Shown: positions 51,277-64,000 of the stretch, in pieces | Numbering within the stretch: position 1 is the first letter of the stretch | Layout: the number at the start of each line of letters is the position of its first letter | NCBI GenBank assembly: GCA_023213395.1 | Contig: CM041465.1 | Location: forward strand, 49,669,741 to 49,733,740 | Length of the DNA: 64,000 nt | DNA from: Cycas panzhihuaensis | Taxonomy: Eukaryota; Plantae; Cycadophyta | Direction: 5' to 3' | Program-made: the position numbers and the translations under genes | The notes under the pieces: generated by a model | The model's input: the letters and a program-made list of their open reading frames with translations, nothing else | What the model was told of the DNA's origin: nothing | The model's database searches: none

Positions 51277-52335
51277 ACTTTGATACCATGTTAGAAAATT
51301 CACCAAGACCATTATAAGATCATGTAACAAATTATGATTAAGCTCAATAAGTTCAAAATAACAAGTCATAAATATAAGGTGTAAAATACGAATATAATAT
51401 GAGATATAAAATACATGAAAATGAAATATACATCATAACACAATACAATAAGTTTTTGTTATGAAATCCTGGTCTAAATAACCAAACTAGCCACTAGGAT
51501 CTATTCTATTTTGCAACAAGAACAAGGATTTGAAACTGTAATCAAATGCAAGCACATAAACCAAAGATCATTCAACACATACATAAAAGCATACGCATTA
51601 CCAAGTACACCAGATTTAACGTGGTAAAACCCTAACAGAGTGCTAAAGAAACATCCACACAAGAAAGGTATCAATCTTTATTAATCAAGAATGAAGATCT
51701 ATGCATTAGCTGCCACAAAGTTCATAGCAACAATAACCAATAGCCTCCCATAATACAATGTGATGCAATACTGTGATATGATAACAAATCACCCAATGCG
51801 GATTACATATAAGAAGGTACATAAATCTCAACTATTAGATATAGGACCTCGGTGATGAATGGCCCTGATTCTCTTTACAATTTAGTAGGATTTGAACCCT
51901 AAAATTTTGCTTTGGGGCACTGCAACACTAGTGGGGGGGTAAGCCCCCAACAAGCCCCCCCCCCCAATCCCCCCTCGAGGAAAGTTAGTGGGAAAAACTG
52001 CATCGAAAAAGGTCCAAAATTTTAGCCTCCTTATACATTGTTGTCACATATCCAATAGTTTTGGGGAAATGATCATCTCTATTATTGTATTATAAAAGAA
52101 TACATACTTAGGGATATAGTTCATCTCATAAATGCCCAATGATATTAGAGTACCTCTAAGATAACCTATGAGAAATACATGAATATGTGAGCTCTAAAAA
52201 TACACATTTTAATGACACTTACCACTTAATGTCTACACAAATGTGCACCTCTTTATGATGACTGCACCCAACATTTGAAGGATGACTAATACCAAAATGA
52301 TGGATTTACCATCAATTAAACATTAATCTCCAATA
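51277..52335 (-). mobile_element. PBS plus LTR-like segment (possibly containing a nested solo LTR ~51530-52057)
   Basis: ACTTTGATACCA (rc PBS) 51277-51288 followed by TGTTAG; copia-LTR-like motif GATTTAACGTGGTAAAACCC; candidate ends TATCCAATA (52057) and TCTCCAATA (~52335). Confidence 0.5.
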
Positions 52336-53036
52336 ATTTATACCCTTGAGGCCTTACCGATTTATGTTACATGGGATCATGTTTGTTTGATTTTTATCAA
52401 GCTATGCATTGAGGTTTGTAGCTACAACATAGAAAATAACAATGTGTAGTTATGGGATTATGGATGTTTGAGTTTGCAACCAATATTTGTTAAATTCCAA
52501 AGTTCATGAGTTAGTGGAAACATGTAGGAGAAAAATGCTTCCTAAACTCCACAAGTCTTCAGAAAATAGCTTTTTTGAAATCCATGGAAGTCTGTACATG
52601 AATCTAGAAGCATAGAAACAAATGCATATTTCAAAATTTATTTAATCTAAATATCTCTCTAAAAGCTAAACCTAACCAAAATGAAAGATAAATTCTCATC
52701 TCAAGCAAATGGATGGCGTTTTAATAAGAAGCTTGTTTGACCTATGTTTTGAGGCCAAAACAATGAGTACACAAAGAGTTCACTTGAATTAATTGTTGAA
52801 TTAGGAACCACATGAAAACATATGAGTGAAATAAAACAATGGAACCATAATTTTTTAATTTGAAGCAAAACACATTACATTCTAAATCTCAAATGAAATA
52901 ATCTTCATAACCATGTCAAAAGCACAAAAATTCTTACATTATGCATGGGATATATGTTTGAATGAGATATGGAAATTTTTAATTAGGGTTCCAAAGTGGA
53001 CAAATCCATGATACAAATAAGCCTTCTAGAAAGGAT

Positions 53037-56000
53037 TGTTAGACTTAATGTTTGTACATTAATTAAATTGTAATGTTATCTTGAAAGTTTATGTATTTAA
53101 TTATTATATTAGAAGTTTGTTGTATAGACCATTGTCCATTGCAACGTCTTCATATCATCACTCTCATTAAAACATGAGATGCACTTCACATAATCTTCTA
53201 GGGAAGAGAGAGAGGGAATGAGATCTTGTAGTTCTTTGTATTATGCATTATGATATTAATATATTCCTATTTCTGACATGGTTTTTCTTTCCCTAAAGGG
53301 GTTTTCTGCCTATCCATATGCTATGTAATTTGGATGTATAATTTGTGCATTTAATTCTCTCATAGGATCTCCCTCTTCAACATGGTATCAGAGCAAGTTC
53401 AGATTATTCGAAACAATCCAGATTGTTATTAGAGTAGAATTTTTTATTAGGATGTTCAAGAAATCTGCAAAAGAAGAAGAGATTTGGAGAAAAATGATGG
53501 TTATCTACCCTGCATGAGGATATGAAGATTGAAACAACCACCTAATCTAGAAGATCTTAACTAGGTTTTCTTGAGTGCAACAAACTATCAGTCCAACCAC
53601 GAACTTACAGACTTCAGGAGCCTTATATCAAAGGGTCACAATCTCATAACATGCAATTTTTAAAACACACGTTATCAAGGGCAATACTCCAACATGCAAG
53701 GAGGACAAATTAAGTGGTCACACCGGCCGGTAAGGTGTTCTTTGCTTGTCAAATGCACTCTACTCATGTGGTTCATAATTGATGGATTGGTGTCCAATGC
53801 CTAGCAACCTTTTGAATTGCTTTTGGTAAAGAACTTCATAAGCTACATACTATGGAACTAAAGGTATCATCGATCGAAAACAACCTTGCATGTCTTGTTG
53901 TATATCCAATGACGTACAGTCTAGTAAGAGGCCGTTTAACATAGTGTTGCACAGAAAACTTGTTGGAGGGATGCAAAGCAGCGCAATCCACAGATGATTA
54001 ACCATCACAAACCTTGCAATCACCAAAGTCATGTGCCTCAAATCTAGTGTCCAAAACATGAAGAATCATTCATTGTCACCTTCATCGATGTCACAGTACG
54101 AGTAATAAGCCTCAAATCAAAGCTATTTGGAGCAAACACAGACAGAATAATCACTATCATATGCCATCAATGAACTCTTCTCTTCAAGCACATAGTTGAA
54201 GATAATTTTCGTGTCGCCACAACTTTGAAAAATTCACATAGACAAAAACGAAATCTTTAATGTAGCCCTTCACAAACAAAGTTGAATGATAAATTATTTC
54301 GAAACCCTAAGTTTTTAGGAAAAAATTTATTATATGTTTGTTTTTTTCTATATATGGGCGAACATAATCTGCTTATTAAATTTGTTCTAATCTTTTTGCA
54401 CTTGCAAAAAGATTTAAATTTCATTAATTTCTTTTTTTCGGGTCTGCAACCCCTCTTTTCTCAGCCCCTGGTCATTTTGATAGCCCACATGACTCTTTTT
54501 CTTTGGTGAAAGGGGCTTAACCCCTTATTTTTTAGGCCCCCCCATTTTGTCAAGGAGTAACCTATACATTTTCAGTAATATCTTGACCATTTGGGGTCCA
54601 AATTCAAAACCAAAAGTTGCATTGGATTCCTGATTCAAAGACCTTCGTTTTGACTAGTCATTTGAGTGATTTCGAAGCCATTTTGAAGGTCAAATCTTTG
54701 TCCAAAATCAACATAGCAGAGTGCAACCAAGGTAAGTGCAGGTATATAACTTCAATTATCAACTTTCTTTATATTTCTTAGTAATATTAATTCAATTTAA
54801 TACTTTAATGATTAATTAATAAATTTATGAATTAACTACATTATTATACTCCCCTTTTTTCACAACTTCACTTAATTATTAGCATTAACATGATTATTAT
54901 TCTAATTTTAATTGCCTACAAACAAGATTATAATTTGTGTAATATTCTTATAAATTCAATTTAAATGTTTAACATTTATCTTCGCAAATATATTTTTAAA
55001 AGAATACAATCAATAAAAGTGATTCAAAGGAACACCCCCCCTTTTTTTTTCTCAAATTACATAGTCAATTTGCAAAACATCATTGTATCTTTATATTATT
55101 TTTATTAATTGAATCTTGTTATATCTTAATTTAAAAATGAAATTGTTGTGATAACAATTATTTCGCATTCCATGTTTGTGGTTTAATTTAATATTATCTT
55201 AATTTAGAAGTTTATTTAGTCACATACCTTATCTTTTTATTTTTATTAAAGAAGATCTCGAATTTATCTCAGGTTATCTTCACATTTTTTTCATTCACAT
55301 AAATATATTTCTTTCCCAAATTGGCTTTTATGCTTGCGATCATCGCCTTTAATAAAATTCCAATTCTAAATGGCTCAAATTATACTGGCTAGAAGGTCAA
55401 AGTATATGATGAGCTTAAACAACAAAAGCTATGATGCTACATGACAAGGGAGTTCACAAAATCTGTAGATACAACATCAGATGCTTACATGGTCTATCTG
55501 ATGAACTATGATAGAGCCCTAGGCATCATCCTAACCCCTCTCTCACCAGATATACCTAGGCAGTCCACTGATTCAAATGAACTTGCCACTATCTAGGAAA
55601 GTTAAAAGAAAAATGTGATAAGGTTAACACCATTCAAATTGCCATACCTGGGCAAAAAATGTACGACTTGAAATATAAAGATTTTTCCAGAATTGAGGAC
55701 TTTCTATCAAATCTTCAACTCATAAATACAGATCTAGGAAATTGTACTAAAATAGTTAAGAAAGTTGATGAAACCTTAACTATATCCCATGCAAAAGATG
55801 ACCATACACTTGTTCGTCTTGCTATCAATAAACTTCTAAAATTGCTAGAAATAAACTTCCAATATAAAACTGCTAGACAACAGTGTGGGCACCCCCATAT
55901 TTCTTTTAATCTGTTTACAAATCAATTGGTTGAATACTAGTCTATGCTAGTTCAAATAGGAGAAATCAAAGATCTTTTTTAAGCTCTTTTCTCCAACACC

Positions 56001-59000
56001 AAGCCACATAATAAATTAAGAAATCAAAATAATCAACAAAACAATTATAATAATAATCTTAAACCTTAGAAATCTTATATAGATTCTACTTCAAATAACA
56101 ATTATAATCAAAATTCTAAACATCCAAGAATGTCTAAAAACTAAAACTCACATTCAACACCCAGGCAATCATATCAAACAAAAAATACTTCTAGACCACA
56201 TTATAGTCAAAACACCAGTTGTACTTATTACCACAAAAAAGGGTACATTATAGATGTTTGTAGAAATAGGTTCACATCTAAAGCTTGGAAAGCTTCAAAA
56301 GGGATTCAATCAAGATCCCATGATTTCCTAACCGCTTCTACTTTTATTTTTTCACTACCTACTCCATTACCACCTTCTTAGATACTAGATTCTTGTGCTT
56401 CCCATCACATGACAGGACATCAAGAGTATCTGTCCACTTAGCACCCAGGTTCTAATTCCGAAGAGGAAATCTCTTTTGGTAATCGTTTCCAACTAAAAGT
56501 TGAAAGAACAATTGATGTAACTTTAAAAAATGGTTCTATCAATGATATATTTTGTGTTCCTAGTTTGTTGCCCAATTTGTTATTTGTTTAACAAATTTGC
56601 CAAGAAAACCTCATGGTGGAATTCTAGAAAGACAAGTTCATTATAAAACAACCATTCAATAAGTTTAAACCTATTGTCTCTAAACCTGTCGATTACAAAA
56701 TAGGTCTTTATAGTTTAACAAACTTAACTCATTCAGCAAAATCTAAACCATTCACTTCGGCATGCACATTTGGGCCATACAAGCTATGACAAACTGTGTT
56801 TTTTAAATCAACATGACATGGTTCATAGTCTTCCTGCTTCATCTACGATCTATGGTGTTTGTGAAGCCTATATTTCAAGCAAACAACACATGGACCCTTT
56901 TCCTTATCAGACTATGTTTCGAGTAAAATCATCATTCCAATTTGTTCATTGGGACATCTGTGGTCCCTTTCAAATACCTTCATATTCTGGAAGCAGATAT
57001 ATAGTAACTTTTATTGATGATTTCTCTAAAAAATATTAGGTATAAATGCTAAAAAACTGAAGTGAAGCTTTTAATATTTTTGTTGAATTTAAAACCTTAG
57101 TTGAAAACCAATCTGACCTTCAAATTAAAATTTTTAGATCAGACAATGTTAAAGAATATTTAAGCAATGAATTTACATCTTTTTATAAAAAAAATGGAAT
57201 TAGATTTCAACATTCAATTGCTTATAATCTCCAACAAAATGGTGTTGCAAAATGTAAAAACCATACATTGGTAGAAATAACTAGATGCATGCTACATGCA
57301 AAAAATCTACATCTAAAATTATGGGTTGAACATATAGGTTGCTCTAATTATTTGTTGAATAGGTTACCTGCTAAAGTTTTAATCAATATTATGTCGTAAA
57401 CCTTTGTAAAACACTTGAGAGTCATTGGTAGCATTGCTTGGGCACATGTTCCCAAAGAGAAATGTCAAAAGTTTGATCTGAAAAGCTCAAAGTTTATCTT
57501 CGTTGGTTATAGCAAAGAAAGCAAAGCTTACTGGTTGTTAGATCCTATCACGCACACTATTTCAATTAGGCATGATGTTAAATTTGATGAAGAAAGATCT
57601 TCATCAAACTCTAATTCTGATCGAATTCATCTTCCTTTCGAGGACATTTTAACTAACAATGTTCCATCTAGTTTATTAGAAAAGCAAGTTGAAAATGAAG
57701 TCATTGAAAGCCTTGCAACACAAGTCCAAAACTGGACTTTAACTTAAATAGATGAATCTAAATTACCAGCCTCTTCTAATCAACCTCAAACAAGTAAACA
57801 ACCTAAGTGGGTTCAACAAACCCTTTCAACTGCTAGTGTTGATGCTAGTAATCCATTGAACACTAGAAAAAATAAATCCCAAAAACTACAGGTTAACTTT
57901 ACCTTGACAGCTAAAGTAATGTCTAGTAATGATCTTTACACTTTTCAAGAAGCCCATAACAATCCAATATGGCAACAAGCCATACGAGTTGAATATGAGG
58001 TCTTCTGACAAACTATAGATGGGACTTAGTACCTTTACTTTCAAGAAAAAATTTGGTAGACTATAAATGGGTTTATCGTACAAAATACAATTCTGAAGGA
58101 GCCATTGAAAAACACAAAGCACGCCTGGTAGCAAAAGGTTTCTCACAAGTTGATGGTATTGATTATACCGAAACCTTTGCTCTTGCAAAAATGAACACCA
58201 TTAAGACTGCTATTGCTCTTGTAGCCAAGTTTGGCTAACAAATCCATCAGATAAATGTAAAAAGTGCTTTTCTTAATGGAAATCTTGATAAAGAAATTTA
58301 TATGTCCCAACCCCCTAGTTTCATAGTTGGTTCTAACCTTGTTTGTAAACTTAAAAAATCTTTATATGCAGTTAAAAAAGCCCCCTGGGCTTGGTATACT
58401 GAGATAGATAATTATCTTAATAAAAATGACTATATTAAATATATCAGTGACCCTAACCTTTATTTTAAATAAGAAAATAATAATATTACTATTCTAATTT
58501 TATACGTTAATGATATTATCATTATTTGGTCAAAACTTTCTACCATTTTTTAGTTGAAATCTATCCTTATGGATAAATTTAAAATGATTAACTTAGGTCT
58601 TCTTCATTACTTTCTGGGCTTACAAATCTGTCAATCTGATTCTTCAATTTCTATATCTCAACCTAAACATGTATTTGACTTAATTAAAACATTCAATATG
58701 GAGAATTCTAAACCAACTCTCACTCCTTTACAATCAGGTGTCAAATTATCAACTAATTGTCAAACACCTCCTTGTGATCCAACTTTATACCATCAACTAA
58801 TTGGAAGTCTTATATATCTAACCCATACTTATCCAGATATTTCTTATACTATTGCTTTATCTTCCAGGTACATGCAGCATCCACACGAATCACACTGAAA
58901 AGAAACAAAATATATCTTACCATATCTTCAAGGTACGGTTTACTATGGTTTAACTTATTATTATTGTAACTTTGATCTTAACAAGTTATACTGATTCGGA

Positions 59001-59710
59001 TTGGGCGGGTGACTGACAATCAGAAGTCAACAACTAGATATATTTTCTTTCTTGATTCTTTACCCATTACATGGACAAGTAACAAGATGCAATTTTTTGC
59101 GTTATCTACAACTAAAGTTGAATATTGTGCACTAGTAGAAGCTAGTAAATAATCTTTATGGATAAAATCATTAATAAATAAACTTGGTTTCTTTTTTACG
59201 TCTTCCATTCAAATAAAAGTAGATAATCAACATGCTATTTCAATTGCAACTAATCTTGTAGCTCATTCTAAAACTAAATGTATTGAATTGCATTAACACT
59301 TTATTCATAATCTTGTTAGTGATAATACTATTAATCTTTCTTATTGTCCCAAAAATTTACAAATTGCAAATATATTGATGAAGCCCCTAGCTAAAACCAA
59401 GTTTGTCAAGTTATACAAGTTATTAAAGGTTGATGAAGTCTTCATCAAAGGGAGATTGACATGCTAAAATCTTCATCATTCTTCTTCTCCTTCTCTTTGT
59501 ATTGAAGATAACATTAAAGAGGGATGTTAGAATTAATGTTTGTACACTAATTAAAGTGTAATGTTATCTTGAAGGTTTATGTATTTAATTATTATATTAA
59601 AAGTTCATTGTATGGAACGTCATCCATTACAACATCTTCGTATCATCACTCTCGTTAAAACATGAGATGTACTTCATGTAATCTTCTAGGAAAGAGAGAG
59701 AGGCAATCAG
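53037..59710 (+). mobile_element. Ty1/copia element C7, old; 3' LTR interrupted by C8
   Basis: 5' LTR 53037-53382; PBS TGGTATCAGAGC 53383-53394; about 1.9-kb leader; gag from ~55330, ILDSCASHHMTG protease, [35 protein letters not shown] to ~59430; PPT 59516-59524; 3' LTR 59525-59710 matches the first half of the 5' LTR. Confidence 0.93.
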
Positions 59711-62700
59711 TGAAGGAAGGATGGATCTAGGAGATAAATCACTCACATGCACACAATGGCAATGGAGAATGAAAAAGAAGATGAAACAAGATATGAGAGC
59801 AAGCTTGGAGGTGAAAATGAATAATTGCTCCCTCCTTGAGATTTCACCTTTTATTATTGAGGGTGAGCATTAGGGTTAGGATTTTCCCGCCTAATGACAT
59901 GAACTCGAAATTACATCTAAATGCACATAAAGTACATTTCATTAAGAGACTAATGCTAATAATATATCCTAAGGTCACATAATTAATCTACACAAATGAC
60001 CTTGATACATTAACCTCTTTCAATTCCCCCCTTAATGGTGGAAGGTCATTTTCAGAAAATCTATTCTATGAGGTCTTCATTTGAGCCTCATTATTACATT
60101 GAAATTCTAAATGACACTTTTATGGGAAAACCCTCATGGGGAATAAAAACCCACGAACTTTCTAAGATCTATAGCCCCTTTTATAAATCAAAATGGCTAA
60201 GGTGGCTCTTTGATGTAGCCTGATAGCCAAGTAGCTTAAATGTGCGACAATGCTAAGTCTCCATATACTGTTTGGTCATCCCCTATGCCCTTTTGGGTTT
60301 TCACAGATTCTGATTTTCCAAAACAAGTTCAACCCTTATCCTTTTGTGCCCACATGGGGTTTTCACAAAGAGGATAGAGCAGAGACTTACTCTTATTCTT
60401 CCGCGCCCACAAGGGGTTTTCACGAAAAGAATAGAGTATGATGATCTTATTGCCATCTTCTTTGATCAATCGAAGATGGAGGCCCTAAGGCCGAGCTGCC
60501 TTCGGAACTGTTCAAACTTCACCCTTTGCAACGGTTTGGTGAAGATATCGGCCACTTGATCTGCTATGGGACAGTAATCTAATTGAATTGTGCCGTCGTG
60601 AACAAGTTCCCTAATCCTGTGGACTTTTGTACTTATGTGTTTGGTACGATCGTGAAATACAGGATTTTCACCATGCAGATTGCTGATTGATTATCCACAT
60701 GAAGACTCGTAGGACTTGTTTGGGTGATATTCAATGTTTCCGAGAATTTTCTCACCATATCACCTCTTTACCGGTCTCGGAAGCGAATGTATTCGGCAGC
60801 TTGAATCTGCAACTATCTTCCGTCGGATCTCCATGATATTGGTCTTTGTTCCAAGAAACGTTACATACCCAGATGTAGATCTTCCTGTATCTTTATCTCC
60901 TGCAAAGTCTGAGTCTGTGTATGCAGAAAGCTTGAAGTCTGAATTAGGTTCATACAACAGACCATATTTGCTGGTCGTCTTAAGGTATCTCAACACTCGC
61001 ACTGCTGCCTGCCAATGATTCTACTTAGGATTTGTCATGTAACGAGCAAGAATGCCGACAGAGTGTATAATATCTAGCCTTGTATTAGTAGTGTAGATGA
61101 GGCTACCTACAAGTTTCCTGTAGAGTGTTGCGTCTGCCTCCCTAGTGTCACCTTCAGCTGAGAGTTTGGTGTTAGGATCCATAGGTAACATCACTGGTCG
61201 AGCATCTTCTAACTGAAACTTGGTTAGAAGATCGTTGATGTATTTTTCTTGGGAGAGGAAAATCTTTCCATTCTTTTGTGTTACTTCAATTCCCAAGTAA
61301 TATTTCATCAAACCAAGGTCAGACAATTCGAACGTTTTGCCAAGGTACTTTTTCAGCTGGCTTATTGCCTATTCACTATTACCCATTACTAGCATGCCAT
61401 CCACAAAGATTATGAGATAAGTGACTTTATCCTTATGGCGCTTGATGAATAACGTTGCATCAATATCTTAATAGTCACAAACCTCGTATCCAAGTTGCCT
61501 CATCCTTTCAGACAACTTGGCAAACCAAGCGCGGGGGGCTTGTTTAAGGCCATACAAGGACTTTCTGAGCCTGCAAACCTTATGCTCTTGATCTTCGATC
61601 TCATATCCTTCTAGCTAAGCCATGTAAATTTCTTCTTCAAGATCTCCATTGAGAAATGCAGTCTTCATATCGAGTTGGTGGATTTTCCAACCCTGTTGAG
61701 CAGCCAAGGCCACAAGAGTTCTAATTGTAGGCCACTTGGTTGTAGGTGCAAAGACTTCAGTGTAGTCGATGCCTTCCCTTTGTGTAAATCCTTTAGCTAC
61801 CAACATCGCCTTGTGTTTTTCAAGGGTCCCGTCTGATCTATATTTGTTTTTGAACACCCATTTATTTTGAACTACCTTTCTGCCAAGTGGTAGATCAACA
61901 AGCTCCCATGTACCGTTCTTGATAAGAGATTGGTACTCTTCGTTCATGGCGTTTCTCCAAGCTGTATGCTTTACATCTTCTTGGTACGTTAAGGGCTCTT
62001 CATTCAGAGTAAGGTGCAATTCTGCTGGTTCAAGCTCAATATATAATGATTCCTGCATCCTTGCTCTATGGGCACTTCGAGTGCCAGTTTTGCCCACCTC
62101 ATCTGGTCATATGTCCTTATTGAGCTAGCGGGCTTCTCGAGATCCTCGAGTTGGGAATGATGTCCTCATTTCCCCAACTTCTTGGTTCTCATCATGTTCG
62201 TTAAAATGATTATTTTGTGAGGAAGATGTTGATGTGCCTGAGGAAGATGGTCCTTCTACCACTGTTTTGCCTTTGTCAACTGAAGGTGGAGAGGATGGTT
62301 CTTCTATAACGGCTTTGCCTTTGTCAACTCTGCTATCTTCAAAAGATGGTGTTGGATGTGCACTCATTGGTTCAGAGTCACAACTTGTATCCTCCAAGGC
62401 TCTATTGTTAGCTTCCAACATTTGGAGTAATTTATGTCTGTCCCCCCCCAAATTTTGGAATCTGAACATCATATTTGATAACATGATTGTAGCGGCATGA
62501 GGGTACTATGGAGTCTAATTTAAGTAATTGATCCTCTGTCTCCGCAAAAATGACCTCTTTGGTAACGATGATTTTTCGTTGTGAAGGTATCACCTTATAC
62601 CCTTTCTTATCCATAGGGTATCCAACAAAAATGCCTTTAAGTGCCCTTGGCTGGAGTTTATTTCGATCTACATCCAGAATATGGGCATAGCATGTAGAGC

Positions 62701-62950
62701 CAAAAATTCTAAAGTAGCGAACTATGGGGGCTTGTCCTAACCACTTTTCATTAGGTGATTGTACTTCCTTTGATGGGCTAACAGCATTGATACAATAAAC
62801 AGCTATCCAGATTGCTTCAGCCCATAGTTAGGCAGGTACAATTTTATATATTAACATAGCATGAGCCATGTTCATGATTGTCCTGTTCATGCACTTGGCA
62901 ACTCCATTTGGTGTGGGGTACCTACTACTGTTGTTTGATGCTTGATGCCA
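59711..62950 (-). mobile_element. Ty1/copia element C8, 3' part (INT C-terminal half, RT, RH, 3' LTR)
   Basis: Putative LTR 59711-60022 (TG..CA); PPT rc CCCCCCTT 60026-60033; RT ORFs 61615-62097 and 61021-61326; RH 60760-61002; integrase breaks off at GIKHQ ~62950. Confidence 0.9.
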
Positions 62951-62952
62951 TT

Positions 62953-63008
62953 ATTGTTGTTGCTGCTTTTGTGATGCTTTATTGTTGTTGTTGCTTTTGT
63001 GATGCTTT
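62953..63008. repeat. 28-bp tandem repeat at the C8 breakpoint
   Basis: ATTGTTGTTG(C/T)TGCTTTTGTGATGCTTT x2. Confidence 0.85.
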
Positions 63009-64000
63009 ATGCTATGTGTGCAAATAGAAAAGCATGCTAGATTTAGCAGGGGAACTGGATGTTGCTTCCGATCCAAGGTTTCCCTTGCTTTAGTACAATG
63101 TTTCCAAATATGATTTTGGAAGTTTTGATACAAAAGCCACAATGGGCTAAAAAATGGATCAACTTGCCACTAAAATGATGATTTTTCTAAATCTATATGC
63201 ATGCTATTTTGCCCTATTTTGTGATTTTTTCACAAAATTTACAAATAATAATAAAAGGGCAATTTTTTAGAAATTACAAATATGAAGGCCTAAATAATAA
63301 AATCTGAATTTATGACAGAAGGAAAGAGTGTTCATAATGTAGTTTCTGATAGAGTTGTGAAGTCAGATTTCAGAAAAGGCACAAAAACGTTTCTGCCTGA
63401 AAAAGCACCAAAGTATCATGCCAGATCAACTGTCTCAGAATCTGGACTTCAATGTGTCAAACGTTGCGTTTTGACATGTACATTAACTTTCCCTTCTGCA
63501 CCATCTGCAAAATCTACCAAAAACTTGCCCGAAATGCCCTTGCAAGGTCCTTTGTGGGGTTGAGTAGGCAAAATCAGCAACCGTGAGAAAACTGCATAGA
63601 TCTCACTAACTAGTGGATGGAATTTGATGAGATTTGTCTTAAAATGATCTTAAGACATAAATGTACTAGATCCCTTAATAAAAATTTCAGATCTTCAGCT
63701 TATAATTGAAAGATTTCATTAGGAAAAGTACTTTAAATCACTTATCCACAAAATTTACCCTTTTTGTCACAGTCAAAACTCATTGTTACAGACTGAATCT
63801 GAAGTTGCTCCAGAAGACAAAAATGATCCTCTAGTGAAGCCAACCTTGCTTGCCAAATTTCATCAAATTCTGAAATGATTGAATTTTTATGAAAATTTGG
63901 GCCTTTAATGCTTCTGAGACTATTCCGGCAACTGAATGGCTTCAAAAACCTGTATTCTTCACCTCTGAATTTCTACACACATGTACAAAGCAGCAACATG

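Noticed and set aside
53383-53394. tRNA-Met gene
   Set aside because: Only the 12-nt PBS complementary to the tRNA-iMet 3' end, with no cloverleaf; the same holds for the other TGGTATCA sites.
54750-55310. Very AT-rich block as a separate MITE or organellar insert
   Set aside because: No TIR/TSD or organellar gene motif; it lies within the C7 leader just before gag.

Overview
AT-rich eukaryotic (land-plant; large-genome, gymnosperm-like by inference) heterochromatin made almost entirely of nested, decayed transposons; no intact host gene is visible. It holds about 8 Ty1/copia elements or fragments, 4 Ty3/gypsy elements or fragments, one non-autonomous LTR element and solo LTRs; several have recoverable LTR pairs, tRNA-iMet PBS, PPT and 5-bp TSDs. 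Removing the nested insertions reveals a two-gene PIF/Harbinger cassette on the minus strand (about 13018-34840). It encodes a DD35E transposase resembling the ALP1/At3g55350 clade of domesticated Harbinger proteins and an upstream trihelix-like Myb/SANT gene; both re-join in frame at degenerate TSDs. Separately, all seven copia-type PPT/3'-LTR junctions lie inside an inverted repeat whose arm sequences differ between families, which suggests a conserved structural element. Protein family assignments come from motif recognition, not database searches.
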